From Trichodelitschia bisporula (Eukaryota): a DNA stretch of 64,000 nt. The translations under genes and the position numbers were made by a program. The stretch is taken from assembly GCA_010356995.1 (NCBI GenBank), contig ML996699.1, positions 713,697-777,696 on the forward strand, written 5' to 3'. This document shows, one piece after another, positions 11,958 through 25,656 of the stretch. The notes beneath the pieces are model-generated. The model was not told the origin of the DNA and ran no database searches. It saw nothing but the letters and a program-made list of their open reading frames with translations. The stretch's first letter is position 1. Every line of letters begins with the position of its first letter.

Positions 11958-14900
11958 CTACCTGCGCCCATAAACCGGATGCTCCTCCCTCCTCGCCTTC
12001 TCCGGCTTGCGCTGCTTCCCGCTAGACGACTGACTCTCCGACCGCGGCGGCGCCGATTTACTCGGATTCAGCACGCTGACTATCTCGTGATTGAAGCTGT
12101 CGTCATCCGCATCGCCGCGATAATCGCGCTTGAACAAGTTCATCATGTCCTTCATGCTCAGCTTACCCATCGCCTTCCCGCCCTCGATAGCGGCGGCGGC
12201 GATCTTGCGCTTCGATTCCTGGAGATCGATGATGCGGTCTTCGACTGTGTCGGCGATGGTCAGGCGGTAAATCACCACGTCGCGCGTTTGGTTGAGGCGG
12301 TGGACGCGGTCGATGGCTTGTTCCTCCACGAACTAGATGGTTGTTAGATAGAGGTCGAGAATGGGAGGGGGAGGGGGAGGGGGGCAACTTACGGGGTTCC
12401 AGAACGGCTCGAGGATGACGACGCGCGAGGCAGCGGTCAAGTTCAGGCCCAGACTGCCACACTTGAGCGAGCAGAGCAGGACGCGCGTTTTCTTATTGTT
12501 GCGCAGCCGCTCAAGGCTGGCTTCGCGGTCATCGTTCTTCATGCTACCGTCGTAGCGCGTGAACACGTAGCCTTCGGCAATGAGGTAGGGTTCGATGATG
12601 TTGAGCATGGTAGTGAATTGGGAGAAGACGATGACTTTGTGGTCGGGCGTATCCTTCTTGAGGATGTCGAGGAGGTAGCGGATTTTGGTTGAGGGCGCGG
12701 ACATGCGCTGCAGGCCTTTGAGGCCGTTGCGGATGTCGCTGTCGTCCTCTGACTCGTCCTCTTCATCATCGTCATCGTCTTCATCATCCTCATCGTCGTC
12801 CTCGTCGTCCTCGTCGTCGTCGTCCTCATCGTCCTCGTCACCATGTTCTTCCTCGGCGCCATCGTCTTCTTCGCCCGAGCCGACCTTCTTGAGACTCTTA
12901 GCCTTTAGAGGCCGAGATCGATCTTGCTCATCATCATCATTTTCCGGGTCCGAGGTGATCCACTCTCCACCGCCCTCGGCATTTTCATCATCAGTGTCAC
13001 CGGCAACGCCCAAGTCAGACACGTTCCGCTTGTCCTCGGCAACAATCCACTCGCCCTCGTCCTCTTCGTCGCTGTCGTCAATGACACGACGGTTACGAGA
13101 GGCCAGCGGGCGAGCAACAGCCTTCTCAGCCTTAGCCTCCTTCTTCTTCTTCTTCTTCTTCTTCTTCTTCTTTTTCTCGGAGCTGAGAGACTGTCTCCGT
13201 TGGTTCCGGATATCCTCCTCGCACTCCTGACAGCGAATGGCCCCGGAATCGGCTTCCTCTGGAGAGAGAGTAATCTGGCAGACATCGCACAGCTTGGACT
13301 TGATGTCCAAGCCCGTCATCTGCGCGACAATATCGTCCAGATCATCTTCGGGCCCTCTGGCCTTCTTCTTCGAGTCCGCAGTTTGGCCAGTCGTCAGTGC
13401 TTCCTTATCTGCCTTGACGTCGCCTCCAACCAGCTCGGGATGGTTACACGCCTGGCGAAGCCGCAGCAGCAGTACCAAAGCCTGGATATACCCGGTCCTC
13501 TGACCGCTCATGAGGTCCTCGAGCCGCGACTCCGCGCGGTCCGCAAGGCGATCGTAGAAGCGGCGCTCGTAGTCGCTAAAGTCGGCCTTGATCGTCTCAA
13601 CCTTGCGCTCGACGATCTTGAAGCCCGTCGACGCCTCGCCTTCCTTAGCCTTGCCGCCATGGGTCAGCGCGCCCTCCTGCTTGAGCACATCCTTGGTACG
13701 GCGCTTCATGCAGCCGCGGAGAAACAGCTGCAAGCGGCGCATAGCAAGCCCACCACGACCATTCTTCATCGGGCCCATGATCTGCTCCTTCCACGAGCTG
13801 AGCTCTTTGTAGGGCGCGATGCGCAGGAAGCGAATCAAGCTCTGCAATTCGTCGAGGTTGTTCTGCATCGGTGTGCCGGTGAGGCACCAGCGGTAGTGGC
13901 TGCGCAGGGCGTAGCATGCCTGCGTCGACTTTGCGTTGCGGTTCTTGATGCTGTGGGCTTCATCGAGGATCACGCGGTACCAGTGCACGCCGAAGCAGCC
14001 GGTTTGCAGGCCGATGGCTGATTCGGAGCTGGTGCTGTGCTCGGAGGCTAGGATCTGGTATGTCGTGATGACGACGTCGTATTTCTTGAGTGCGTCAAAG
14101 CTCTTGGTGCGGGAGGGCCCGTGATGCACGAGGACGCGGAGGCTGTAGTCGCTGGTGACTTTGTCCTTGATTTCCGCTTCCCACTGCTTGATGAGCGCCA
14201 ATGGGGCGACAACTAGAGTGCCCTTGCCGCACACCGAGGGGATCTTGTGCTTCTTCCGCTCCTCCTCCTCAGTAGGGTAGGGATTCGTCAGTATGAGCGC
14301 AACAGACTGTATGGTTTTGCCGAGACCCATCTATGCATGTCAGCCGCGTTCGCCTGCCGTTATGCTTGTAGCAAACCGGTACTGAGTAAACTTACGTCGT
14401 CGGCCAGAATTCCGCCTTTGGCGAGAACCTTGTTCTTCTTCTTCTTGCCCACTTCCTTGTCGATCATCCAGGCGACACCTTCAACCTGGTGAGGCAGAAG
14501 CTTGACTTTTAGGCCCTCAACCGAGCCGTCTTCAACATATTCTTCTTCTTCCTCAGCTTGTGGTTTTTCTTTAACCTCCAGGGTTGCCAGCTTATCCGCC
14601 AGACTCTTGCCCTGCAAGTTGGGCTTGGGAGGCCTAAGTTTCCGTTTCGGCAGACGCGGCTGCTCGCCGTCTTCGTCGAAGGCACCCTCCAGGAGCCCCT
14701 TGATGTTCTCCAACGCTCGTGAGCCATCGACATACTGGTATGGGTCGGCGGCACCGAAGCCTTCGTCCGCGAGTACTTGATCCGGGTTGAAATCGTCATC
14801 GTTGTCCTCTCCGGTCAGATCGACGGGGTTTGTCGGCGGGGCCGGACGCGGAACGTAGCCATTAACTGTCGTAAAACCGCTCGGCCGAGCCGAAAACACT

Positions 14901-15199
14901 GGCTGTGCAGGAGGCAGCACCGTCTTGGGTGGCGTGTCCTCGGGAATGAAAATCGGAACGGCACCCGGAGGCAGAGGGTTCGAAGCTATCCGCTGCGGCT
15001 CACGGTGGTGTTCTGGACGGGATCTTCCTTTCTCCGGAATATTGAAGATGTTGTAGTGCTTTTGGAGGGGATTCCGCATCGGGCTGGGTTTCCCAAACTG
15101 AGGCGCGCCATCGCTAGGCTTCTTTGTCACGTCGGAATTGAAAGAAACAAAGCCAGACTGAAAGGGTTTGCCGCCGGGCGGATCTCGCTCGTTAACCAT
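11958..15199 (-). CDS. SNF2-family ATP-dependent helicase (Rad5/Rad16/Ris1-like group); introns 12333-12392 and 14331-14395
   Basis: GGILADD|MGLGKT (Walker A, across the intron), ILDEAH, LTGTPMQN, LRLRQACNHP, VFSQFT, GLNLTAA, EPFWNP|FVEEQAIDRVHR; Cys4 insert, poly-K and poly-D/E tracts. Confidence 0.93.
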
Positions 15200-15453
15200 G
15201 ATTTTGCGTTGCTAGAAAGCAATGTGGCGAACGGAAAAGCGTGAATAAATGCGAGAACGCGATCAGTAGAAGTGCTGTTCTATTGATGTGTTGTCGTCGT
15301 CTCGGCGGCGTAGGCGGCAGTATCCCCCACCTATCGATTGTTGCGTAGGCGACCAATAACGCCAACCACGTGACACCGCGACCTCCCTGAGCAGCCTTCC
15401 TCCACACAGGCCCGGGCTTCTCACCAACCCGAGAAACCTCGACCACCGCAACC

Positions 15454-16855
15454 ATGTCCGTGCCACTCAACGTCACGAAGCGCAAGTTCTACAAACTCCT
15501 CGATAACCTCAGCTCCTCGAAGCTTCCCACCGAAGACTCTCTCAAAGAACCCCCTTCAAAGCGCTCTCGCGTCAGCGGCGCCTCCTCGCGCCAGTTCGAC
15601 CGGCCTTCCAGCTCGGCCTCCGACCGGCCTGTCTCAATGCCTGCCGGCGACCGATGGACCGTCTTGCCTGTGGGCGACAGTCCGCTGAGGAGCCGGTCGT
15701 TCAGTGCGTCTAAGGATCCCGGTCGGCCGTTGCCTAACTTCGCTCCGTGGAGCCAGGACCAGTTCCTGGCGCGCCTCAAAACCTTTTCCGATGTCCGGAC
15801 CTGGACGCCCAAGCCTGCGGATATTGGCGAGGTCGAGTGGGCGAAGCGTGGCTGGGTTGTCGATAGCAAGGACAAGGTCGCCTGTAAAGGCGGATGTGAG
15901 AAGCGGGTTGCGTTGCAGCTGACGCCGCCCACTGACTCCGATGGTGAAGCCATTGAGGAGTCGTGGTGGGTGGGAGACGTGGAAGACGAGGTCATCGCTC
16001 ATTACAAGGCTTTGATTGTCGATGGCCACGAGGAAGACTGTTTGTGGAGAAAGAGCGGCTGCAAAGGTAGGCCCCTCTCTTTGACCCACGCACTTTTCTA
16101 ACCGATGCACAGAGGACATCTATCGCATCCGCATGAGCGAATCTGTTATCTGGCAACACGAACTTAAGAGCCGCATTTCGTCGCTGTTGACCATCAAAGA
16201 TGAACTTCCCGTGCATCTGGTCATGCCCAGCTCCGACCGTGTCAACTTCGACATCGACGACTTTGCAGCCACCCTCCCACCAGACATTACACAACCGGAA
16301 GAGAAGTCTCCCCTCCTCGAAGCGACTTCCAACACGGTGCCTACACCTAGTACCAGCAACGCCTCCCTGACACAACCGGTCAACAAAACTGCTCTCACGA
16401 TGGCAATGTGCGGTTGGTCTGGTCTGCAGGTTAGCGGTGTCAAGATGGTGCATTGCACTCGATGTTTCCAACGCGCGGGTCTGTGGCTCTACCGCAAGCC
16501 GGTGGCACAGGACACCGGGTCCGAACCTGAGGACGCGATGAAGTTTGACCCCGTAGAGCTACACCGCGAACACTGTCCCTGGAAGAACGTCGTCAACCAA
16601 AACTCTACCGGCATTTTGGAGGGCCTGTCAGGCTGGGAAGTGCAGGCGGAACTGGTGATTCGGAGCAGACATCGCACCGACATCATCCGCAAGGCTCGCG
16701 CTCAGGAGGCTGTGGACTCCCCGCCACCTCCTAAGAGCAGGGAGGAGATCCAGAAGGAGGACAAGGTGCGGGAGTCTAAGCTTGCCAAGCTGCGACGGGC
16801 TTTTACTGTGAAGAAGAAGCCGGACAAGGAGAAGCCGGATAATACTGATAAGTAG
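15454..16855 (+). CDS. rsm1: zf-C3HC/Rsm1-like (NIPA/Pml39 family) nuclear protein; intron 16067-16112
   Basis: FAPWSQDQFLARLKTF, WAKRGW..C..C...H...C.W first module; LTMAMCGW...C..CFQRAGLW...FDPVELHREHCPW second module. Confidence 0.8.
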
Positions 16856-17959
16856 CTAGGGCCTTTCGTCATTCCGTCTTTCTATCGGTTCTCTCTAGCG
16901 TAGGTTGGCTGGAGTTATGGGTGTTCTAACAGCGGACTGATTGGAGTTATGTGTTCCCAACGGTAGTCCAGCCTGTAGAACTAGTCTACTGTGTGCTTTT
17001 AGTGATTACAAGGCACCTGTAGCGGAGTCTTGATGGCGTATAAGGAGAAATGAAGCTCCTTTCAGATGACATTGAGTTTGGCTTTCATGCACCGTTCACA
17101 CCCGGTTCTTTACATCTAGCGAAGGTAAACAGACCAATAGCTGTCTGCAGCGCTACCACGCCCGAACGTCGGGAGACTGCGGGTTTGCAAGTGCGGCGAT
17201 AGTGGGTTGAAAGGCGGGGGCGGGGTAGTCGCTTGGTTGCACCGAAGGGACCAGCGTGCGGGGAGCAGGAGGCTTTTCGTGCTCGAAGTGCGAGCCGTGA
17301 TTCGCATATGAAGCTAAGCGTCAAAAGTGGCATCAACTTGTCATATGTTGTGCATTGCAGGTGTTCGTCATGATGCACCCACCCATTTCAAGGTTTGGAG
17401 CCTATGTGTCTTCAATTCGCTTGATTGAGTCACCAGGTTCGTGTAGGCTCGGAATGGTCCCGTTGCGATAATATCGACAAGCCGAGCGGGAAAGGAAAAG
17501 GAATGCACCCAGAAAGGCCCCACGACCCCTCAAATCTGTGGAACATCCAGCATCATCGTCCTCAACCCTCTCCAACTGCAACCTCGCCCTCTATTTCATC
17601 ACCCTCAAGCTATTTGGGCCGCTGTCAACCAGCTTAAAAAGCCTCTCGCTCTCTGAATTGCTCCCAGCAGCAAAGCATCAGCACCTCCACCCATAACCCA
17701 AGTCCCCGTTATCGCCACCACTCGACCGCTGACTAAAATCACCTCCGGCTCCCACATCCATTACCGAACCTCGCGTCCATTTACCGGCTCATTTCCCCCA
17801 TACACGCTTCACTATCTACCTGTCCTTTTCGGTGTTCGCCTTCCGTGTCCTCTGTACACTTACCATCTCGCACCCCGACACGTCTCGATAAGCTTGGTCG
17901 CGGCGGTCATAACGAGGTTGCACGCTTGCTGGTGGCAAGTGTTCCGTTACTCAGGTTCC

Positions 17960-20900
17960 ATGAGTGCGATACTCTGGAAATATTTCCTCGAGGATGATGT
18001 CGAATCCTTTGGGCACTTGCTGAAAACAGCACCCTACACTACACGCCAGGGCGCACAGAAGGGCCATGGCAGCTCCGCCGATGCGACGAGCTTTAGCACA
18101 TCTCCCACGCACACCAAGGGCAAGGGACGCGAGTCTGAAGCGCGCAACATACCGGCCGGTCTTACACTGACCCGCGCTGACGTCAACTACCGCGATGCCT
18201 TTGGGCGCACGCTCCTGCATCTCGCTGCCGCGTCGACGGCGGCCACGGCCTACGAATTCGCAGTGGCGCTGCTTGAGCACCCGCTCACGGATATCTTTCT
18301 CCAGGATGCGGAGAACGGTTGGACGGCACTACACCGTGCGCTGTACGCGGGCAATGTCGCCATTGCGCGCTGTATACTCGCCCGCGATGCGCAGGACTCG
18401 CCGGGATACGGGTCGGGGTCGACACAGCGCGCTGGCGGGTTGATCAAGGTCAAAGACCGAGAGGGAAATGGGCCGTTCGATGTGTACGAATTGACGCTCG
18501 AGGGACATCGCCACCAACATGATCGCCGGGAGCCGAGGTCATATGTTGTGGAAAGTTCCAAAGAGGAGAGGAGCGATGATGAGTACGACGTAGACGCCGC
18601 CAAACGATCCATGCTGAGGCCGAACACCAGGCTCTACGGCGACGAGCTTTTCACCTTCGGGAGCAACAAGAACCTCACCTTGGGGTTTGGTGACGAGGAT
18701 GACCGACAGTTTCCTGAACGCCTTCAGCTCAAAAGAGCAGAGAGTGCCTACGAGCATATGCAGGACCGAAACAGCCACAACAGGATTGACCCTGTCCTGG
18801 TCTTCAGTGTGCATATGGCCAAGTTACATACAGCCGTCCTAGTCCACGACAAAGGACCGAATTTGTACGTCTGTGGACACGGCCCCGGTGGCAGATTGGG
18901 GCTCGGTGATGAGCGGACACGCTTCCAGCTACAGCTCGTCGAGGGCGGCACGCTGGCTTCTAAATCAGTTAGGGCAGTTGCGCTTGGTCAGAACCACACG
19001 CTGGCCATTGATACGTCTGGCAGTGTTCATTCATGGGGGAGTAACGATTTCGCGCAGCTCGGGTACTCGCTCTCGAAGGGAACAGTTCAGACGCTTCCCC
19101 GGCAACTGTTCGGCCCCCTGAAGCGGGAGTACGTGATAGGGGTTGCGGCTTCTCGGATCCACTCCGTCATCTATACGGAATCTGCCTTGTTCACCTTTGG
19201 CAAGAACGAGGGCCAGCTTGGCTTGATGGATGCGGACGCCCGGTCGCTCGAGATCCAGGACACACCGCGGCGCGTCGCACCTTCGCTGCTCACCGCGGAC
19301 ATACGTTGTGTGACGGCGACGGACCGCGCGACATGTTGCGTTCTGCAAAACAAGGAGGTCTGGGTGTTTGCCAATTACGGTTATGCGAAGGTGCATTTTC
19401 CAGTGCCTGGACTTAACAACAAATTCCTCAGCTCTTACAAGCATCTGAAGTCCATACGTCCGGACATGGCTACAATACGTAAAGTTGTCTCGGAAGGCGA
19501 TACTATCTGCGCGTTGTCCGAGGCTGGTGACATATTCAGATTTGGCCTGACTAAGGCCGAGGGTACATCCAACTCAGGGGCCTCCACAACGAACCCTCGA
19601 ACGCTTCGGTCATCGCTGTCGAAGCCCCAGCGCATCTGGTCTATGAATAAAGGCCACATGGCGGCCCGAGACGTGGCTATGGATCAAAACGGTTGCATCA
19701 TTTTGGCTACCCAAGCCGGCAGCGTGTGGCACCAGCGCAAAAAAGCCCACGACTCCTCGACAGCTGATCGCAAGAACAAAGACTACAAGTATTCGCGCAT
19801 TCCAGGGTTGACGCGCATTTCCGCGATATGTGCGTCAGGCTTTGGGGCATACGCTGCTGTTCGCGAAGATTGCGAGAAGATGGACAAAATTTATTGGCAC
19901 AGGGGGAAGTATGATGACGATGGGGTTGAGTGCCATTACAACGACTGGTTTCTTGCACAGGACGGGGATGAATTCTTTCGATACGATCATCACTCTTTCT
20001 GGGTCGAAGATGTTCTGAAGTCAGATGACCCGGACAGCTGTCTTCGGTCAGCGATAGACGACATGCGGAAGCCAGACATACCCTTCGACGCGATCATGTA
20101 CTCTGTCGGCTCGAGCGTCAGGATTCCTTTTCATAAAGTTCTCCTTGCTATGCGCAGCCCCGTGGTGAGGAATATGATTCACCAACTGGAACTCAATGGC
20201 ATGGGCAGCATTTGCCACCGGGGTCGCCTTGAAATCAGCAAAGTCGACGGACTGCTCCATGTCGTCTTTACTGACGCCAAACGTTGTGATCCGCTCACGC
20301 TTGCGAACTTGGTGATGTTCCTGTGTGAATCGAGTGTTAGGCATATCTGGGGCCATTCCTATAAAGGCCTCTGGCATCATGAGCATTACCGTCGGACTCG
20401 CGCAGAACTCCTCGACTTTGCCAAACTGCTTGAGATTAGGCCACTAGAGCGTTGCATCAAGGGGGGAGAGGATGGGGGGATCGCCAAGGCGGACGACATT
20501 GTCGAAGCCTTAAGCGACTTCCCTGCCTTTGGCGCATCGGCAGACGTCGTTGTGCAGCTAGCCGATGGCGAGGCTTTGGTTCACTCCTTCATCGTCACCC
20601 GCAGGAGTCGCTTCTTCGAAAGCCTCATTTTGGGGAGTTCAGGCACTTGGTTTTCTGAGCGGCGTAGACCTCGCGATGACTTGGGCCGCCAGACGATCGA
20701 TCTCAGGCATATTTCGTGCAGGGCTTTCAAATATGCTCAGCGCCACATGTATGCGGGCTTGTACGAAGACACCTTCGACTGGTTCTTCGACGATGTGGTG
20801 GCCGACACGGCGGAGGAGTTCCTGGAAACAGTGTTAGATATTCTAGGTGCGGCAGATGAGCTCATGTTGGACGAGCTTTGCGGCGATTGCCAGCACGCCA

Positions 20901-22773
20901 TCGGTCATTATGGTATGTTTGTCATGTTCCCGCTTAACCTTTACTAACCGTCCCAGTGACGGTGCGTAACGTCTGCCAGCTCCTCGGCAAAGTCTCGCAA
21001 TTCTGCATGAAGGGTTTCCAGAGAAGCGCGCTGAAGTACATCTGCTTCAACCTCGAGGCAGTGCTACAGTACGGGCGCTTTGACGAACTGAGCGAAGACA
21101 TGCTCTTTGAGCTAACGAAGACATTACGCCATCTTCAGACTAAATGCCTACCGATCCGGGGACGGGAGCCCGACGTTTTGGCCGCGCTCCACGCTAGGCA
21201 CCCCGGCCTTCAGCGCCGCATAGATCGCGAATGGCGCGCGAAAATCGATTCCATGGTCCGGCAGGGTGCTCGCTCTGTCATCGATGGTAGCCGCTTCGCC
21301 ACGGTCAATCCTCCCCACCCGGTTGCCGACAGTCCCCGCCCAGCGGTCGACAAACGGCCAGCTGCCAATGATACAAACGCAAGGGACTATCCGTTGGTAC
21401 TGGACGAAGACTTACTGGCTAATAAAAAATCCAGGTACGGAGGAGGAAGCGGATTCGTCGCAACTAGCCCCGGAGAGGCGTTCCTAGGCAGGCCCGACTC
21501 CCCGCCCCGCCGACATGCCTCGCTGAGCGATAGCCCGTATGGTCCAGCACTCCGCGCCAGCTCGTCCGCTTGGGATGTGTTCCATGAAGCTCCGCCTCAA
21601 GCAGATACCGATGCCAGGCGCCTTACGCCCGTTATCCAGGATCCGTACATCACCCCGGAGTCTTCCCGCACCCCACGACTACCGCCTCACAATGTAGGCC
21701 CCTCTACCCCCGTTCCAACCCCATGGCAACAAGTCCGGAGCAAAAACAGTCCTCTCCCAGTTTCCGGCTTCTCTCCTGCCCGTCAACCCGCCAAGCCCAT
21801 CACATCCAAACTTCCACCTTCTCTCCCCATCTCAACCGACGGTCTCGCCTCCTCCCAGTCATACCCAGACCTACCAGTCCTCCCCAAACTCTCCCAAAAG
21901 GAACGCAAACGCCTCCAAGCCGAGCGCGCCAGCGCACCACAACCTAACCCCGACCCTTCTTCTTCCTCCTCCAAAAACCCCTGGCAACAAGTCCCAAAGA
22001 AAGCATCTAAGCTCACCGAGCTTTTCGCCCAGGCCGGCACCTCACCCCGCCCGCAGCTTACAATGCGCCAGACGGTGGCCAATCCCGCGGCGTCGGGTGC
22101 CAGCGTCAGCGGCGGGAAGGCTGCGGTGGTTGCAGTGAATAGGCCTGGCTCGTCGGGCGCGGGCATCAGTTCTTCCCGTGCCGTACCGCTTGCTACCTCT
22201 GTGGGCACGCCCCCGGCGAACGGCAAGGCACCCGCGATAGGACCGGCCCCGGTGCCATCTGCGCCGCGTGGCTCGAGCACGCCCGCGAAGGCGACGGGCG
22301 GCATCCGCTGCGGCGCGCCGGGGATGCCGTCTGCGGCCGGGGTGGCCTCGACGCCGATGTCGAGCTCTCACCCGTCCGCCTCGCACCCAGCCGCTTCGCA
22401 CCCATCCGCCTCCCACCCGCCCGCCGCTCACCTCTCTCCCGCGCCAATCCAATCCATCCGACATACGCCCAAGCCCGGCCCATCGACGACGCCGTTCTCG
22501 AGCTACCAGCTGAGCATGGCTGCCATCCTGACGTTGCAGCAGGACGAGAAGGACGCGGCGGCGGCCGCGAGGGAGAAGCGCGATTTGAGGGATATACAGG
22601 CGGAGCAGGAGTTCCAGGAGTGGTGGGATAAGGAAAGTGCGAGGGTTAGGAGGGAGGAGGAGGAGAGGGAGGGGGGTGGGAAGGGGAAGGTGGGGAAGAG
22701 GAGGGGGGGGAGGGGGAAGAGGAGGGTTGATGGTGCGGGTGGTCGGGAGGGGGCTGGGGTGGGGACTGTTTGA
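17960..22773 (+). CDS. btb1: Ankyrin + RCC1-repeat + BTB/POZ protein (Btb1/IBtk-like Cul3 adaptor); intron 20913-20956
   Basis: Ankyrin motifs GRTLLHLAA and ENGWTALHRALYAGN; RCC1 repeats (FGSNKNLTLG, GGRLGLG, WGSNDFAQLG, FGKNEGQLG); two BTB-like segments; C-terminal KLSQKERK and IQAEQEFQEWWDKES. Confidence 0.88.
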
Positions 22774-23559
22774 GTATTGTAGTGTTCGTGGAATTGGGTC
22801 GGGATTGTGGGTGGCTTTCTGGGATGGTAGTTGGGGGATACATGTAAATGATAGTTTAGAGCGGATACTGAGATATCTGGTGCATGCTTTAGCTCATAGT
22901 AAGAGAAGAGCTAAGCTGCTTCTACCAGGAAAATGTCCAAGCCCGCAACATGGTGATTCCATGTGAGACCGTCTAGCACATAAGTCTGCACGCTCTGCAT
23001 GAAGAGAGAGAACAAAAAGTCTACACCATTTACGATCCGTAATGGCCGCTCCTCCCCCCCCGGCCCACCAGCCACAGTATCCCCCAAATCAGCCCACCTC
23101 AGCCTCGCCACCGCACCTGCAAGGCTGCGCTCGCAAGTTCCATCCGTACTCCTTCCCCCAACCGCCAGCCCAGCCATTCAGGATGCCCATCCCATCGGGC
23201 CGACGGGTCGATATCCGGATCGGGGCCCTCGGGATGTGCACCATCACCGGCTTTAAGGTTCCATTCCTGATGCTTATATACATGGCCATGATTAAGTTCC
23301 CCCATCCCCGTCCCTAACATCCCCAACGCTAACCTTACCGCTAAAAGGCAAATCATATACTCGTAACGTCGTACCCAGGGCGCCGATATACCTGGCCCCC
23401 GTCCCAGAAAACCCACGCGCTAAGAAAAATCCCCCTCGTGGCCGTCAGGCCCATGTTGCCATTCCCCTACCCTCCCTTCACATCTCACACCAAAGAAAAG
23501 GCTCTCGTCAAAGAACGCCCCCCCCCCCCCCTTTCCAACCTCTCCCCCCCCCCACCCCC

Positions 23560-25656
23560 CTACCGCACCCCCCTCGGACTCCCCGCTCTCCCCTCGATAT
23601 ATGGCAAAGCCCTAAGCCAAACCTCAAACGGCTTCTCCAACCCCTCCTGCACCGCAATAACCCGTAACGTACTGCGACTCTCATCCCCATGCAGGTATCC
23701 AAACCCCCCTCCTCCCCTCCCCAGGGAGACTACACTCCCCCTCGCCCCCGCCGGCCCACTCGACACGCTGACCATACTCTCAGGCCGCGTCTGCTGGGGC
23801 TTCTTCCCCCTCCTCAATACCAAGCGTAACTTTTCCGTCGCCGTCGGCGCGCGCGGGAGGGGCTTGCTCTTGAGCGCAGAGCGCAGCTTAGGCGGTACTG
23901 GGGGCGGCGCATCCGATCCCCTCCCCGTACTCACACCGCTCATCGCGCTCAACGCGCCCATGCTCTTGCTCGCGCCGCTGCGCGCATACTCCGCCAGTGC
24001 GGTGACCCCTGCGCCGCTAGCCCCAGCCCCGGTCGTCGTACCCTCCTCGTCGAACTTCGGCAGCGGCGGCGGTTTCTCCCTCGTACTGAATATGGACCGT
24101 TTACTCCGCGTACTACTAGCACGGGATTTACTCGTGCCGGGGCGCTCGGCGATGGCGCTGAGCGGGCGCGGGCGTGGCGATTTAGGTGCTAGGGCAGAGA
24201 GGCGCTGCTTTGCCGTCCTGCGCGGCGGCACGGGAGCGTCAGCGACCGGGCCGGGCGGCGCTTTCGCGGGCACCGGAACAGGCACGGGCGCCGGGCGCTG
24301 CTGCGGCGGCGTGCGCTGCGGCGAAAGGCGCGGCGATTTACGATCTAAGCTCGTCTCGCTCGCGCTGCGCGGTAACCCGAGCCGCAGCTGCGGCTGGTCC
24401 ACGCCCGCGAGCCGGCGCGCCTGCTCGGCGACGCGGCTGTCCAGACTGGCGAGGCGGCCTGCGGCGTAGGCGCGTGTTTCGGCGGCGCTCATGTGGCGCG
24501 TTTCGCGGACGATGTCGGCGCGCGCGGCTTCGATTTCGGGGTGCGCGATAAGGGGCGGGTCGGGTTGGGGGTGGGAGGGGAGGCGGATGAGTTGTTGGTG
24601 GGGGGGGGTGGGGGTGTAGCCGTTGCTTGGGGGGCGGGGGTAGGGGGGGGAGAAAGTGGTGGGGGGTTGCGAGGGTGCGGCGCCGGCGGATGAATTTGAG
24701 GTTATGCTGCTGCGGCGCGAGCGGGTGAAGGAGCGTTGCATGCTGCCTTGGACTTGGCCTTCCCAGGTCGAGGAATAGCGCTGGGGACCGTCTTCGCCGC
24801 GGCGGTAGGAGGCGTAGGAGAAGGTGCCTTGGGGTTGGGCGGGCGACTCGGGCGTGTCTGAATAGCGCGTTGACAAGCGCCGTGTCAGCGGGTCGGAATA
24901 GCTTGTGGATAGGCGCCGGGTTAGAGGGTCTGCTGGCGCGAGGCTCGCGGCGTATGTATCCGCGTAGTCGAAGTAGCGCCTGAGACACAGTTCCCAGTCC
25001 ATTTCGTCGGTGCGCTGGCGCGTGAGCTTTGCGTGGGAGGGGGTTGAGGGCTTGGTTGCTGCGCGCTCGTAGTGTATGTGCCGACGTTCGACGGAGCGGA
25101 GGATGAAGGTTAGGGTTTTGGAGTGGGCGGGGGAGGCGCGTTGCATGTCGAGGGTGGTGGTGCTGCGTTGGTTAGCTCTTTGCTCTCTTTTTTTTTGGGA
25201 ATGTAGGGGCGCGGACTAGATTGCGTTGGTGAGGACGAGGGACAGCGTGCGCTGGTGGGCGGTGAATTCATCCGCCAGCGTGCGGATCTGCTTGCGCTTC
25301 CAGGTCCAGCGGCTGCCGAAGAAGCAGCCGGCCTCTGGGCCGGCGCCAAAGGGGGCGAGGATGTAGTTGAGGGCATTGCAGGTGGTGATGAAGCGGTCGA
25401 GGCAGTCGCGGAGGTCAAAGGGGTCGTCTGCTTCGTCTGCTTGGCCGGCGCGGATGCGGGACTGGACCTGGTGGATGCGCTCGAGGTTGCGAACTGCGCG
25501 GTGGCAGTGGACTAGCGTGCCGGTTAGGGTGTCGACTGTCTCCGGACACTCTGAGATTTCGTCGAGGATGCGGTAGACATCGCGGAAGAGGGACTCGATG
25601 GTGGAGGGGGCGGGGGGGGTGGAGGGGAAGGTCGAGAAGGCGTTTGGGAAGTCCAT
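23560..25656 (-). CDS. Hypothetical protein: N-terminal helical domain resembling fungal STAND-associated (HeLo-like/SesA-like) domains, then a long P/S/R-rich disordered tail; intron about 25164-25216
   Basis: ORFs 25216..25704 and 23560..25146 join in frame through a GTCCGC...GCTAAC...CAG intron. RWTWKRKQIRTLADEFTAHQRTLSLVL resembles the end of that domain type (inference). Confidence 0.6.
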
